Shown here: piece by piece, positions 1 through 10,455 of the stretch
Position numbering within the stretch: position 1 is the stretch's first letter
How the letters are laid out: every line of letters begins with the position of its first letter
Source of the DNA: an uncultured Acidobacteriota bacterium
Lineage (GTDB): Bacteria > Acidobacteriota > UBA6911 > RPQK01 > JAPXNP01
Direction: 5' to 3'
NCBI GenBank assembly: GCA_963777605.1
Contig: CAVZRV010000035.1
Location: 160,001-224,000 of the forward strand
DNA length: 64,000 bases
Translations under genes and position numbers: made by a program
The notes under the pieces: generated by a model
What the model saw: the letters and a program-made list of their open reading frames with translations, nothing else
What the model was told of the DNA's origin: nothing
Database searches by the model: none

Positions 1-2
1 AC

Positions 3-1106
3 CGGATTGATCTGGACACCCTGGCCGTCCAGAAACAACTCCTGACCAACGTGCAATTCCCAACCGGCTTTGACATTGCGCTGGCAACGGAAAGCCGCGC
101 CATGCTGCTCGGCGACTTTTACATCTACATCCATGAAGACCAGGGCCAGGTGATCACATCCGCCTGGAATCCTGACACCAATCAGGTTATCAACGACCGC
201 GTTGGAAGCGTCGGCACAACCGGGCTCCATCCGTTTGCTGCGGCGCCGCTCGGCGGACATCGATTCGCTCTCGGCTGGGAGCAGAACCTGGTCGGACTGG
301 AGCTCGCGCGGAGGCGGGGAACCACCGACTTCCAACTCCAGCGATTCGGAACGCTCGGGCACGACTTCAAGGGTCCGGTTGCATTTTCGCCCAGCGAAGG
401 GTGGATCGCCGGAAACCGGGGAGACGACTTTGCAGTTGCCCCCCTGAATCTCAACCATCTCGTCTATGCTCCCCAGACACCTGCCGGAGCCTCTCAGTTC
501 CTGGTTACGAACCAGGATAGCTCCCCGCTCTCGGTAGATTTCTCAATCCGGAGTCCTTCCGGGGACGAACTGGATTCAGGCCGGCTCGAGCTCGACGCAC
601 ATGAAACCGTCAATTTCGAAGCCCTTCCAGGGGCCAGCCTGGCGCCTGCGGCAACCTACTTCAGCGGCCCTGGTCGTTTCGCAGTGACGGGCGCATGGAG
701 AATCGGCCCGACCGAGACCGGAATAACGGGTTCGCTGGCAGCGCGAAACTGGGGCTTGACCGCCAGACAGGACGAGAATATCCGCACCGCGATGGCCTAT
801 GCCAATCCGTCCCCGAATCCCAACTCCTGCGAGATCAGCTTTTTCGGCCAGGACGGAGGATTGGGAGGTGAGGCTCAAAAGACAATGGACGGCTGGCAGC
901 AGGAAGCGCTGTTCGCGGACGAATTACTGGCAGAAGCCGGAATTGTCAGGGACGAGAACGGCTTTCTGGTGTTTGAATGCGAGCGCCCGATCGCCTTCAC
1001 GGGAGTCTGGCAGGACCAGCGAAACAGCGCTCTGGTCAATCTCAGCGCCCTTGCCTCCTATAAGGATTCCTGGGACTGGGAATTGGCCACCTGCGGCGAT
1101 TTCTAA
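3..1106 (+). CDS. Hypothetical protein, C-terminal part (5' truncated by window edge); beta-rich, likely secreted
   Basis: Frame of ORF 51..1106 is open back to position 3 (RIDLDTLAVQKQLLTNVQFP...). The C-terminal module (VTNQDSSPLSVDF...TAMAYANPS...ALFADEL) resembles accessory domains of acidobacterial secreted proteins (recognition only). Confidence 0.65.
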   Translation, partial: RIDLDTLAVQKQLLTNVQFPTGFDIALATESRAMLLGDFYIYIHEDQGQVITSAWNPDTNQVINDRVGSVGTTGLHPFAAAPLGGHRFALGWEQNLVGLELARRRGTTDFQLQRFGTLGHDFKGPVAFSPSEGWIAGNRGDDFAVAPLNLNHLVYAPQTPAGASQFLVTNQDSSPLSVDFSIRSPSGDELDSGRLELDAHETVNFEALPGASLAPAATYFSGPGRFAVTGAWRIGPTETGITGSLAARNWGLTARQDENIRTAMAYANPSPNPNSCEISFFGQDGGLGGEAQKTMDGWQQEALFADELLAEAGIVRDENGFLVFECERPIAFTGVWQDQRNSALVNLSALASYKDSWDWELATCGDF

Positions 1107-1259
1107 CAGGGTTGCAGCCCTGCAGCGGGCCGGCCTTCCTTTCCGACAATCTCATCTGCGGCCGTTCAATTTCAAAAGAGCAGAGATCGACCGGTGAGGA
1201 AGGACTCCTGGTTGGACGGCAGGCGGGATCTCTTCGACTCCGCATTGGTAAGATATGAA

Positions 1260-2609
1260 AACCGAAATCTCGACACCCCGAACATTGACCGTTTAGCCCA
1301 AACAGGAGTCACCTTCGACCGGTTCTTTGTCAGCCCGGTCTGCTCGCCGACACGCGCCGAGTTGCTGACCGGGCGGTACCACGTGCGAGACGGTGTCTAT
1401 TCCACTTCCTCGGGTGGCGAACGGCTCTTTCTTTACTTGCCGCTCAATACCCCCCACAGCCCGATGCAGGTTCCCGACAGGTGGTGGAAGAAATTCGAAA
1501 CCAGGGAACTGCTGCAGCTGCATCGGGAACCCGAAAAAGACGACCAGCCGTTTACACGAGCCGCTCTGGCCATGTGCGAGAACATCGATTGGAATGTCGG
1601 GCGCTTGCTGGAGAAGATCGACGAGTTGGGGATTGCGGAAGAAACCATCGTCATCTACCTGTCCGACAACGGTCCCAACAGCTGGCGCTGGAACGGGGGA
1701 ATGAAAGGAAGAAAAGGCTCCACCGACGAAGGCGGCGTGCGTTCACCGATGTTCGTAAGGTGGGAGGGTTATCTCGAAGGCGGAAAGGTGATCGAGGAGA
1801 TCGCAGGTGCGATCGACGTAATGCCAACGCTGATCGACCTGGCGGGTGTCGATCTTCGGCCCGACAAACCGCTGGACGGGATCAGCTTGACGCCCCTGCT
1901 CCTGGAGAAAGATCCCGTCTGGCCGGATCGGCTGATCATGAGTCACTGGGGAAACCAGACCAGCGTCCGGAGCCGGCGATTCAGGCTCGACCACGAAAAC
2001 CGGCTTTTCGACATGCAGAACGATCCCCGTCAGGCAACCGATATCTCGGCTCGGATGCCGGCCATCGCGCGGCAACTGATTCAAGCGAAAGAGACCTGGA
2101 AACGTCAAGTACTCAGCGAGCTTCCCGAGAGGGATCTCCGGCCCTTCCCCGTTGGCCATCCCGATTATGGATTGACCCAGTTGCCGGCACGCGACGGCAT
2201 CGGCCATGGAAACATCACCCGTTCCAACCGGTTTCCCAACTGTTCCTTTTTCACAAATTGGATCAGCCTCGAGGACAGCATTACCTGGGATATCGAAGTG
2301 CTGGCGGATGGTGATTACCAGGTCGAGCTTTACTACACCTGCCCCGCCGAGGACGTCGGGTCAACCCTCGAGCTCAGTTTTGGTCAGGCCAAGCTCACCG
2401 GGGCAATTCTTGAATCTCACGACCCGCCTTTGCAGGGGATGGAAAACGACCGGGTCCTGCGTGGGGAATCGTATGTCAAAGATTTCAGGCCTTTTACGCT
2501 GGGTACGATTCACCTGACCAAAAGCACCGGGGTTCTGACTTTGAGAGCACCCAGGATGCCCGGATCGCAGGTGATGGATTTCCGGTTGATGATGTTGAAG
2601 AGGATGTGA
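1260..2609 (+). pseudogene. Arylsulfatase remnant (formylglycine-dependent family), N-terminus missing and central segment deleted in frame
   Basis: TPNIDRLA, CSPTRAELLTGR (CxPxR), SDNG and GGVRSP motifs present. GGERL is joined directly to FLYLPLNTPH with no GKWH motif. No signal peptide and no N-terminal DD metal ligands. Confidence 0.75.
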
Positions 2610-2619
2610 GGAGGCAATA

Positions 2620-2715
2620 ATGAAAAAGTCTCTCGAGCCCGAGTCCTCTCGTCGTGACTTTCTGAAAAGTTCGGCCATGGTAGCGGCCGCCGAATATTTC
2701 AAGGACCTGCACTAG
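2620..2715 (+). pseudogene. 31-aa ORF: Tat signal peptide fused to a short tail (probable deletion remnant)
   Basis: RBS GAGGAGG at ~2608-2614, ATG at 2620. Translation MKKSLEPESSRRDFLKSSAMVAAAEYFKDLH* contains a consensus SRRDFLK twin-arginine motif. Confidence 0.6.
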
Positions 2716-3190
2716 GGAGAGAGCTGCCGATGAACCCTGACCAAGCCGAGAAACTTCGCGACCTCCTGGAAGCACAGCGCATCGCATCGCGTTGATCTTG
2801 GCGAGAGCGTCGCGTTCGCGAAACGGCGCGAATGCCTCGCTCCGAAGTTTCTCTCGCCCTTCGTACAACTGCTTCCGAGCGGCGCCTGGGCGGGGCGGCG
2901 CCATGAGAAGGACAAGGCCGCTCGGGTAGTGTGCCGATCTCTTCGCCAGCTTGTGAATCAAGTTCACTCTCGTCCTCGGCCGCTGAACTGTTTGGCCCTT
3001 CAAAGTCTTCGATAACAAGGCTCAATCGAAAACAATTGGTGACAAACACGTTCTGCAGCCGCTATATTGAGTGGCCGTTGCCGTTTCCGGGCATCGAGGA
3101 AGAGATGCCCTGAAGAGGAACTTTCCTCGGCTCACTGCCGAGTTCTTCCGGATGGTATCCAGCCCGAGTGGCAAAAGTGGGAATCTGAAA

Positions 3191-3737
3191 ATGGACGACT
3201 TTGAACGTCTTGAACGTGAGAACGAACGCCTGAGATCCCGCCTTGCCGAACTCGAAGAGAGGGAGCAACGCTTCAGCGCCACTCTCTATGGGATTGGGGA
3301 CGGCATGATCGCCACCGACGCCCTGGGGCGCATCACCCAACTGAATCAGGTCGCCGCTCAGTTGACCGGCTGGGAAGAAACCGAGGCAGAGCGAAATCCG
3401 ATTCTCCTCCCTGTATGAGGCGATGTCGGAGGGGGTCTGCGTCCACGAACTCGTTTACGACGACTCGCAGCGGGCCACCGATTACCGCATCCTTGACGTC
3501 AACCCTGAATACGAGGCCATCCTTGGTCTCGCGAAAGCCGACGTGGTGGGTCGCCTCGCATCTGAAGCCCGGATCCACCCGGAGATCAAAGTGATCTACA
3601 TGTCCGGGTATGCCGACGACGTGATCGCGGGCCGGGGCATAATGGACCAGTCTGCACACTTCGTCAACAAGCCTTTCGCAGTTGAAACCCTCCTGGAGAA
3701 GGTTCGTACAGCTCTGAAACCGCAGATGGGCAAATGA
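3191..3737 (+). pseudogene. Hybrid PAS sensor kinase/receiver remnant
   Basis: Coiled coil plus a PAS start (IGDGMIATDALGRITQLNQVAAQLTGW), then out of frame a second PAS start (SEIRFSSLYEAMSEG...DYRILDVNPEYE) fused to the C-terminal half of a receiver (IKVIYMSGY...VNKPF). No kinase core and no phospho-Asp half. Confidence 0.75.
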
Positions 3738-3826
3738 TCCCTGACGCCAAAATTGAAGGAACTCATCTGCCGCGCCTCATGGCTGACAGAGATGGAAAGA
3801 CCCTTCGCCCGAGTTACGCGAAAACG

Positions 3827-4384
3827 CTAAGCTAGCTGGATCCCCAACTTCCTGGCAGCCGCCTGGACCTCGGGATCCTGAGTCCCGAGCTCCCTCGGGA
3901 CCCCGATCAGCCGGATCGTGTCGGTTACGCGCTCGGCGAAGAGTGTCGCGTTGGTCCATTGCGACTCGAGGACTGACCACCAGAGAAGTCCCGCCGCGCC
4001 TTCACCGAACAGTGCGGCCGCAAGGTCCTGGGTAATCCTCCGTTCGAGGGTGGCAACCCGAGACGGGCGAAGAGATCTTCGGTGCAGTTCGGACGGATCG
4101 TCAAGGTCACAGAAGACGGAGGAGCCGGCCACCTCCAAAGCCGCGAGTGCCAATCGCCGGTTGTGGCCGCGTACGAAGTCTCCGTCATCGAGGGATTGGT
4201 TCCGAAACGGCTGAAGCGCCTCGGCCACCGCCGAAACCTGATCCAGTGCGCAGTAGAAAGCGCCATACAGTTCGGGATTGTCATGACGTCCGCTGCCCTG
4301 GTGAGCCCTGGGCACAAATAGCGGTCCCCCGACTCCTGCACCCTTCGAACGGCCGTCCCAGCCGAATACTCTGAACACCTTCAT
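3827..4384 (-). CDS. RES domain toxin (RES family NAD+ phosphorylase/ADP-ribosyltransferase-like)
   Basis: Conserved R (FRV), GRHD, YCA, E (AVAEAL), TQDLA and S (LWWSV) pattern; lies downstream of an Xre/MbcA antitoxin. Confidence 0.85.
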   Translation of the reverse strand: MKVFRVFGWDGRSKGAGVGGPLFVPRAHQGSGRHDNPELYGAFYCALDQVSAVAEALQPFRNQSLDDGDFVRGHNRRLALAALEVAGSSVFCDLDDPSELHRRSLRPSRVATLERRITQDLAAALFGEGAAGLLWWSVLESQWTNATLFAERVTDTIRLIGVPRELGTQDPEVQAAARKLGIQLA

Positions 4385-4462
4385 GACCTGGCCAACCTGG
4401 TTGAACTCGGGCAGTAAAGCCCAGGACCCCGCTGACGTTTACCCAAAATGCCTCCGGGCTTG

Positions 4463-4816
4463 TCAGGCGTAGGCCCCGGCTTCAAACTGCTCCAGCGCAG
4501 CGATGACCTCGGCGACACGGCCGTCACGAATCAGGTCGATCGGGCGCCGGTTGGCGAGATGAGCGTTGACTCCCAGCAGCCACTTTTCAGCGGTTGCTGA
4601 AGGCAGTGACGACTGGAGCCTGGAGAACACAAACTCGAGTGCCTCGAGCTTATGTCGGTTTGCCGCGTCCGGTGCCTCGGTTCGCAGCCATCGAGAGACC
4701 CGCGAGCGATCTACAGCGAGCAGTGCCGCGAGTCGGCTCTGGCTTCGAAACTGGCCGCTTAAATAGCTCACCTTGTCCCGAAATACGTCTTCCCATTGAA
4801 CCGCGGCTTCGCCCAT
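4463..4816 (-). CDS. Antitoxin Xre/MbcA/ParS family (HTH plus DUF2384 toxin-binding domain)
   Basis: HTH-like SQSRLAALLAVDRSRVSRW and C-terminal WLLGVNAHLANRRPIDLI...EAGAYA; upstream of the RES gene. Confidence 0.85.
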   Translation of the reverse strand: MGEAAVQWEDVFRDKVSYLSGQFRSQSRLAALLAVDRSRVSRWLRTEAPDAANRHKLEALEFVFSRLQSSLPSATAEKWLLGVNAHLANRRPIDLIRDGRVAEVIAALEQFEAGAYA

Positions 4817-4842
4817 GTCGTCCTCTTCTTCCAGCTTAGCCT

Positions 4843-4890
4843 GTAGCGATCGTTAACGCAACGATATCTGTTGCGCATAACGATCGCTAC
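4843..4890. promoter_or_regulatory. Inverted repeat upstream of the TA operon (candidate autorepression operator or hairpin)
   Basis: Perfect 13-bp arms GTAGCGATCGTTA (4843-4855) and TAACGATCGCTAC (4878-4890), with inner CGCAAC/GTTGCG around GATATC; 26 nt upstream of the antitoxin start. Confidence 0.6.
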
Positions 4891-6270
4891 GGCCTGATAT
4901 TCTGATTTAGATGGAAGACGTTTTCAGGGTCGTACCGTCGCTTGATTTTGCGGAGTCGATCGAAATTGGCACCGTAAGCGGCCCGTACCCGGTCCCCTTC
5001 TTCCTCAGTCATGAAATTCACATAGGAACCGCTGGAAGCGAACGGCTTTGAAGCCTCAAAGAAGGCACGCGCCCAGGAGACGCCTCGCTCGTCGTCCGTC
5101 TGATCACTCCAGCGTCCGTGCACGTTGAGCACGAATTTGGCGTCCCGATGGGTATAGGCCGTTGCGCTGGACGGAACGTGGTTGGCCGCGCCGCCCAGAA
5201 ACGCGATGAAGATCTCACAGTGAGGCGACGGCAACCGGGAACCGTAGTCGATCACGCAATCGAACAGCCTGTCGCCCAATTCAGTGAGGTTGTGCGATTT
5301 CCAGTAATTTCTGGCACCCGGGGTAAGCAACGGATCGAAGGCCTTCTGCCATTCAGTGTAGGGCATCTCACCGACATGCTCGCCGTGGGGATCTCCGAAA
5401 CTACGGATCGACTTGACGAGGTCTTCCCCTGCGGAAGCCTCGCCCGAATAGAAGATTGCCAGGACCAGCACCTCCCTGCCATGAATCTCCTCGGGCAGGA
5501 ACGGCAGGGGCGGCGCCTTTCTCATGACAACCCAAACGTTCAGCTCCGTCCGGGGCCGACTCAATGAAGTCGCGGTAGCGTCTCAGCACCTGCCCGGCCT
5601 GCTCAAACGGGAAGACAATCAGGCCGGCCAGCACGTTGGGGCCGACCGAATGAAGCCCGAACTCGAACTGGGTCACAACGCCAAAGTTTCCTCCTCCGCC
5701 CCGGATTGCCCAGAAGAGATCGGGATGCTCCGCCGCACAGGCCCGGACCGGCTTGCCGTCCGCCGTGACCATCTCAGCTGAGACCAGGTTGTCGATGGTC
5801 AGCCCATACTTTCGGGTCAGCCAACCGAAGCCTCCCCCCAGAGTGAGCCCGGCAATTCCAGTCGTCGAGTTGATCCCTACCGGCGTTGCCAATCCAAACG
5901 GCTGTGTCGCGGCATCGAAATCTGCGAGGGTGGCGCCGGGCTCGACCCAGGCGAGCCGTTTCTTGGGGTCAACGCGCGCCGAGGTCATCCTGGAGAAATC
6001 GATGGCGAGGCCGTCATCACAAAGAGCATTCCCGGCGATGTTGTGTCCCGCTCCCCGAATGGAAATCTCGAGTTCGTTCTCGCGAGCAAACGTAATTGCC
6101 CGCGGAACGTCGGAGGCACTCGCGCACTGAACAATGACTTCCGGTTTCCGGTCAATCATCGCGTTCCAGAGCGCACGAACTTCGTCATAGTCCGGGTCGG
6201 CTGCAACGACGGCGCGGCCGTGGATTTGGCTTCGGAGTTTTTCGACGGCTTGCTTTGACAGGTGTGGCAT
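4887..6270 (-). CDS. FAD-binding oxidoreductase (FAD_binding_4 plus BBE domain), split by one frameshift at ~5546
   Basis: RGAGHN flavinylation motif, TGIAGLTLGGGFG, RGGGGNFG, and C-terminal YVNF...KRRYDPENVFHLNQNI. Removing one C at 5546-5547 restores ...SAPDELNVW.... Confidence 0.85.
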
Positions 6271-6638
6271 GGATTCGTCCCTTCATGAAAGGAACCGAAG
6301 GACTGATCGATCAGGTACGAAGACTGACGTACTCATTGCCTTCACTCGGTTTCCGGCGGTTGCCCGCCGCGTTATTCACCGCGCTTGCTGCCCAACCGGG
6401 GTCCTGAAATTTGGAAAGCAGGAAAGGGCGGTTTCTGGAAAGACTTGAGAGCCTATATGACTCAGACGAGTCAACTGATTCAGGATTGCGGAGGATAATT
6501 TTCAATTACCCGATTCGACGCCCCCATAAAGTCAGACCTGTCTTGGTCCTCAACCGGGCTTCACCCCCTCAACGTTGCGTCTCTGTGTGGACCCGGGTAG
6601 AGTACGGAGGTGGTCACAAGTCGGAGACAGAGTACGGA

Positions 6639-7985
6639 ATGAGCGACCGGACTGAAGGGCACGAAGGGGCGGAGTTCCGGGGAAGTGGCGAGCGCACCCG
6701 GACGATTCGGGTGCGCAGCGTTGATTCCAATTTCGAGAGGGAACCGCTCATCCGTCCGTTCGGTTTCAAAGGGGGGCACATGTCGGAGATCTGGCAGTCC
6801 GCGGCCCTCTTGGAAAGTGACAGCGGTGCTCGCCGGATCGGACTCTGCTCGCAGAGCGTTCTCTGGTCCGACGACAGGGTCTTTGCTTCGCACTCAGAAA
6901 GCGGGGGCAACGCGGTGATGTACGCCCTCACCGAGCGCGCCCTCCACATCGTCCGGGGGATGACTTTCACAACGCCGATCGAATTGCTGGACGAGATCTA
7001 CGACGAAGTCTACCGGCAGGGCCAGCTCATCTCGGGTAATCCCGAGCTGCGCAAGACGTTCGCTCTCAACGCCCTGGTCGGAGTGGACAACGCCGCATGG
7101 CTCCTCTACGCACAAGAAAACGATATCCGAACTTTCGACGAAATGATCCCGCCCCCGTACCGGGACGCCCTGGCGAACCATCACAGCGAACTCGCCGCGA
7201 TCCCGCTGATGTCCTATGCGGTTCCAATCGAGGAAATCCGAGAGGCGGTCAACGAAGGCCAGTTCTTCCTGAAGATCAAAATTGGCCAGCCCGGTACCCA
7301 GGAAGAGATGCTGGAGAAGGACAAGGCCCGAATCACCGCCATTCACAAGGCGATCGGCCACACCGAAACGCGTCACACCCGGTCAGGCAAACTCCCCTAC
7401 TACTTCGACGCGAACGGGAGGTACCAGCAAAAAGAGACCTTGATGCGCTTGATCGACCATACGAAGGAGATCGGCGCCTTCGAGCAGATCGCCATCATAG
7501 AAGAGCCCTTTCCGGAAGAGTACGAGGCCTCAGTCGATGACCTGGGCGTCCGCATCGCGGCCGATGAGAGCGCCCACACCGACCGGGAAGCGGCCAGGCG
7601 AATCGAGATGGGGTACGGGGCGATCGCGCTCAAGGCAATCGCCAAGACCCTTAGCATGACTCTGAAGATCGCGAAACTGGCCCGCGAGAAGCAGGTGCCC
7701 TGTTTCTGTGCCGATCTCACGGTCAATCCAATCCTCGTGGAATGGAACAAGAACGTGGCGGCCCGGCTGGACCCGTTTCCGGAACTGGGGCTGGGGCTCC
7801 TGGAAACCAATGGACATCAGAACTACCGGAACTGGGAAGAAATGGTGAAGCGTCATCCTTTTCCCGGAGCCGCCTGGCGCGAGGCCAAGGACGGGATCTT
7901 CCGGCTCGACGGCGACTACTACGGCCGAAGTGGCGGCATCTTCGACCCGTCCCCCCACTACGAGCGCCTCTTCCAAAATCGGTGA
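6639..7985 (+). CDS. Enolase superfamily enzyme (MLE/dipeptide epimerase-like subgroup), substrate unknown
   Basis: KIK (KxK), FDANG, IEEPF, AADES and ALKAIAK catalytic/metal motifs. ATG 6639 preferred over the track's TTG 6411. Confidence 0.75.
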   Translation: MSDRTEGHEGAEFRGSGERTRTIRVRSVDSNFEREPLIRPFGFKGGHMSEIWQSAALLESDSGARRIGLCSQSVLWSDDRVFASHSESGGNAVMYALTERALHIVRGMTFTTPIELLDEIYDEVYRQGQLISGNPELRKTFALNALVGVDNAAWLLYAQENDIRTFDEMIPPPYRDALANHHSELAAIPLMSYAVPIEEIREAVNEGQFFLKIKIGQPGTQEEMLEKDKARITAIHKAIGHTETRHTRSGKLPYYFDANGRYQQKETLMRLIDHTKEIGAFEQIAIIEEPFPEEYEASVDDLGVRIAADESAHTDREAARRIEMGYGAIALKAIAKTLSMTLKIAKLAREKQVPCFCADLTVNPILVEWNKNVAARLDPFPELGLGLLETNGHQNYRNWEEMVKRHPFPGAAWREAKDGIFRLDGDYYGRSGGIFDPSPHYERLFQNR

Positions 7986-7998
7986 TAATTGCACGCGG

Positions 7999-9877
7999 TC
8001 ACTCCTCGCGCAGCCAGGACTTGAGATGCGCTTGCTGCTCCTCACTGGCGCCAGGAAGGACCTCCAGAGTCCAGGACGTCCGTGAAACCGCCATCAACTC
8101 CATTTCGAGCTTCTTCAACAGGTCCCTGCGGGCAACCAGTAACGTCAGCTTGTCCCCTGCCTTGTAGGAGTCGAGCCGGACCGGCCACTGGTCGGCACGC
8201 ACGCGATACTGGTTGACGGCCAGGATCTCGTCACCCACGTTCACTCCGGCCTTCTCTCCGGGACTGCCTCGTCGCACCTCGGACACCACCAGGCGTCCGT
8301 CGTCGGCCTGGGTTTTCAGCCCGGTCTCGATCGGGGGAGGCTCATCCTTGCCGGCGTCCTGCTTCTCCTTGAACCGCAGCCCGAACCAGTCGAGAGCTTC
8401 CGTGTAGTCGAGTTCTTCGGTGGTCTCCAGGACCTTGTGGAACCACCCGTCGAGATCCTGCCCGGCAACCTCCGAAGCGAGCTGTCGGAACTGTTCCGGT
8501 GTGTAGCCGTGAGGACCGGAATAGCGTTCGTAAGCCAGTCTCATTACGTCGTCCAGGTTCTTCCGATCCCGAGTGGCTTTCCGGATGCGGGCGTCGAGGA
8601 GGAACGCGATCACGTCTCCCTTGGTGTAGTAACTGATCGCCGTATTCGACGAGTTCTCATTGGGCCGATAGAGCTTGATCCAGGCGTCGAAGGACGCCAA
8701 CTGCACCGGCTGTACCAGGCGTCCCGGCGTTTCCTGCAAGTGGCTGGATCGTCTCTGAGAGAGACCGCAGAAAGGATTCGCGAGACTTCAAGCCGGCTCG
8801 CCGCAGAGCGAGGGGTCCGTAGTACGAGGTGATGCCCTCGGCGATCCAGAGGCTCCGCGTGTAGACCTCGTTCTCGTAGTCGAAAGGCCCGAGTTCCACC
8901 GGACGGAGCCGCTTGACATTCCAGACGTGAAAGTACTCATGACTGACCAGGCCGTGCCAATTTGCCCGGCTCGGCCGCCGGTTCCGGGGCGCCGACGGAT
9001 CGGCCGATTCCGGAGCGGGTTCTTCCGTATTGCCGTAGGCCCAGCGGCTGGTGTTGAGCCAAGTAGAATTCTTGTGCTCGAGACCCCCGCCAGTTTCGGT
9101 CATCAGGTTGAAGAAGACGTAGCGATTGTAGGGCAGTAATCCCCACATACGCAGGTACTCCTCGACGATCTTCTGGACGTCCCGTGCCGAGGCCGGGCCG
9201 TCCCAGACGTCGCTTTCCCCTTCGTTGACCAGGTAATGTTGCTTGCCTCCAACCTCGAACTGGTAAATCGGGGCATTCCCCGCATAAATCGGGCAGTCCA
9301 CGAGTTCGTCGAAGTTCGTTGCCCGGTAATGGTGAGGCTCCCCTCCGGGGCCCAGGGAGAGTCCGCTGATGCTCTCCTTCCACGAAGGTGGCAAAACGAG
9401 CTGAACCTCGTGGGGCCGCGGACCGTCGTCAACCAGGGTCATGAAATTCGGGGCACCGTTGAGCATGGCGAAATCAGCGTCCACCCAGTTGCCCTGGACG
9501 TTGGGTTCCCGTGCATAGATCCGGTAGGAGATTTCGAACCGGGCGTTGTCGCCGGTGTCAATGCGCCACCGGTTCTTGCGGGTCTTCTCGAACGAGAGCA
9601 GATGCCCGTCCGGGGTCTGAGCCCGAAAGTCCTCCACGTTGCGGGAGTATTCGCGCACCAGGTAGGAGCCCGGGGTCCAAACGGCCATCATGACCTCAGT
9701 TTGACGCCCTTTTGCCGGCAGGGACGCCGTCACTTCCAGGTAGTGGGTCTCGGGAGCGGAAAATCGGACCGCGTAGCGGATCGGGTCGCCGTCCTGCCCC
9801 AGTCCGATGGCGGTGCTGACCAGGATAGCCAGCAGGAAAACCTTTCCAAGAGAAAGTGTCAGGTTGTGATAGCGCAT
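7999..9877 (-). CDS. M61 family glycyl aminopeptidase with C-terminal PDZ domain, frameshift at ~8746
   Basis: Signal peptide, WTPGSY, GGGLEH, HEYFH...WIAEGITSYY, ISYYTKG and PDZ (GSPGEKAGVNVGDEILAVN). Removing one base in GG 8746-8747 joins the two ORFs. Confidence 0.88.
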
Positions 9878-9996
9878 TCGTCTCTGTCCCCGTTCTCAAC
9901 GACAATGAATGGAGTACCTGCCCTCAAGCCTCGCTGGTTTCGCAATGTCTCGGGAATAACCACCTGACCCTTCGAGGACATCTTCGTCGTGGCTAC
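9859..9996 (-). pseudogene. Truncated AbrB/MazE/SpoVT-family DNA-binding antitoxin remnant
   Basis: VATTKMSSKGQVVIPETLRNQRGLRAGTPFIVV motif. It runs into the M61 start, lacks a C-terminal part and has no toxin partner. Confidence 0.6.
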
Positions 9997-10189
9997 TTCT
10001 CTGGGCTTCTTCCTCGTTACCCGTAAGATCCTAGCATGGAGCGAATCCGCCGTTCCGGTTGAGTCTGAGAGTCGCAAACCTGCGAGTGTTGCTCGCCCCC
10101 TTTCTCCTGAGAACTTGGCACGCCTCAGTGGCACCTTGATTTGAAGTCCTCCGCCTGGGTTGGGGGGTAGGGAAGCTCTCGCTTCTTCA

Positions 10190-10370
10190 GACCCTGGGCG
10201 CAATCGCTGCTGGACAGAGTAGTAGGATGGTGGTCGCCCGCCATATCGTCCCGCAGGGGCGGGACTGGGTCTGGCGTCGTGCCGGTGAACCCAGGACTCC
10301 GCTTCGCTGCGTTCTGGGCAACTCCATTCCTCACCGCAGTGCGGGGCTGGATTAATTCGGCACGGCTTTG
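10190..10370. repeat. REP-like palindromic intergenic elements
   Basis: Hairpins such as GTCCCGC-AGGG-GCGGGAC and CCCAGGACTCCGCTTCGCTGCGTTCTGGG in a non-coding interval. Confidence 0.45.
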
Positions 10371-10455
10371 CGGCGGCCCCCTCTGGGATGCTGCTTGTCA
10401 AGCGGGGCAAACAGGGATTTCACCGGGATGTATTCAGGATCAGTGAACTCCTGGG

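Noticed and set aside
2699-3049. Minus-strand ORFs between the sulfatase and PAS remnants
   Set aside because: No recognisable domain in any frame; possibly a decayed gene, but not supportable.
6280-6630. Possible riboswitch or ncRNA in the divergent intergenic region
   Set aside because: Only short generic hairpins and no consensus I can match; an Rfam scan would be needed.
5540-8750. Programmed ribosomal frameshifting in the FAD oxidase and M61 genes
   Set aside because: No slippery heptamer at the junctions; single-base indels in dinucleotide runs explain both.
10098-10150. Possible degenerate copy of the 52-bp element (GCCTCAGTGGC-ACC...TGAAG)
   Set aside because: Arm spacing and end motifs do not match the consensus.
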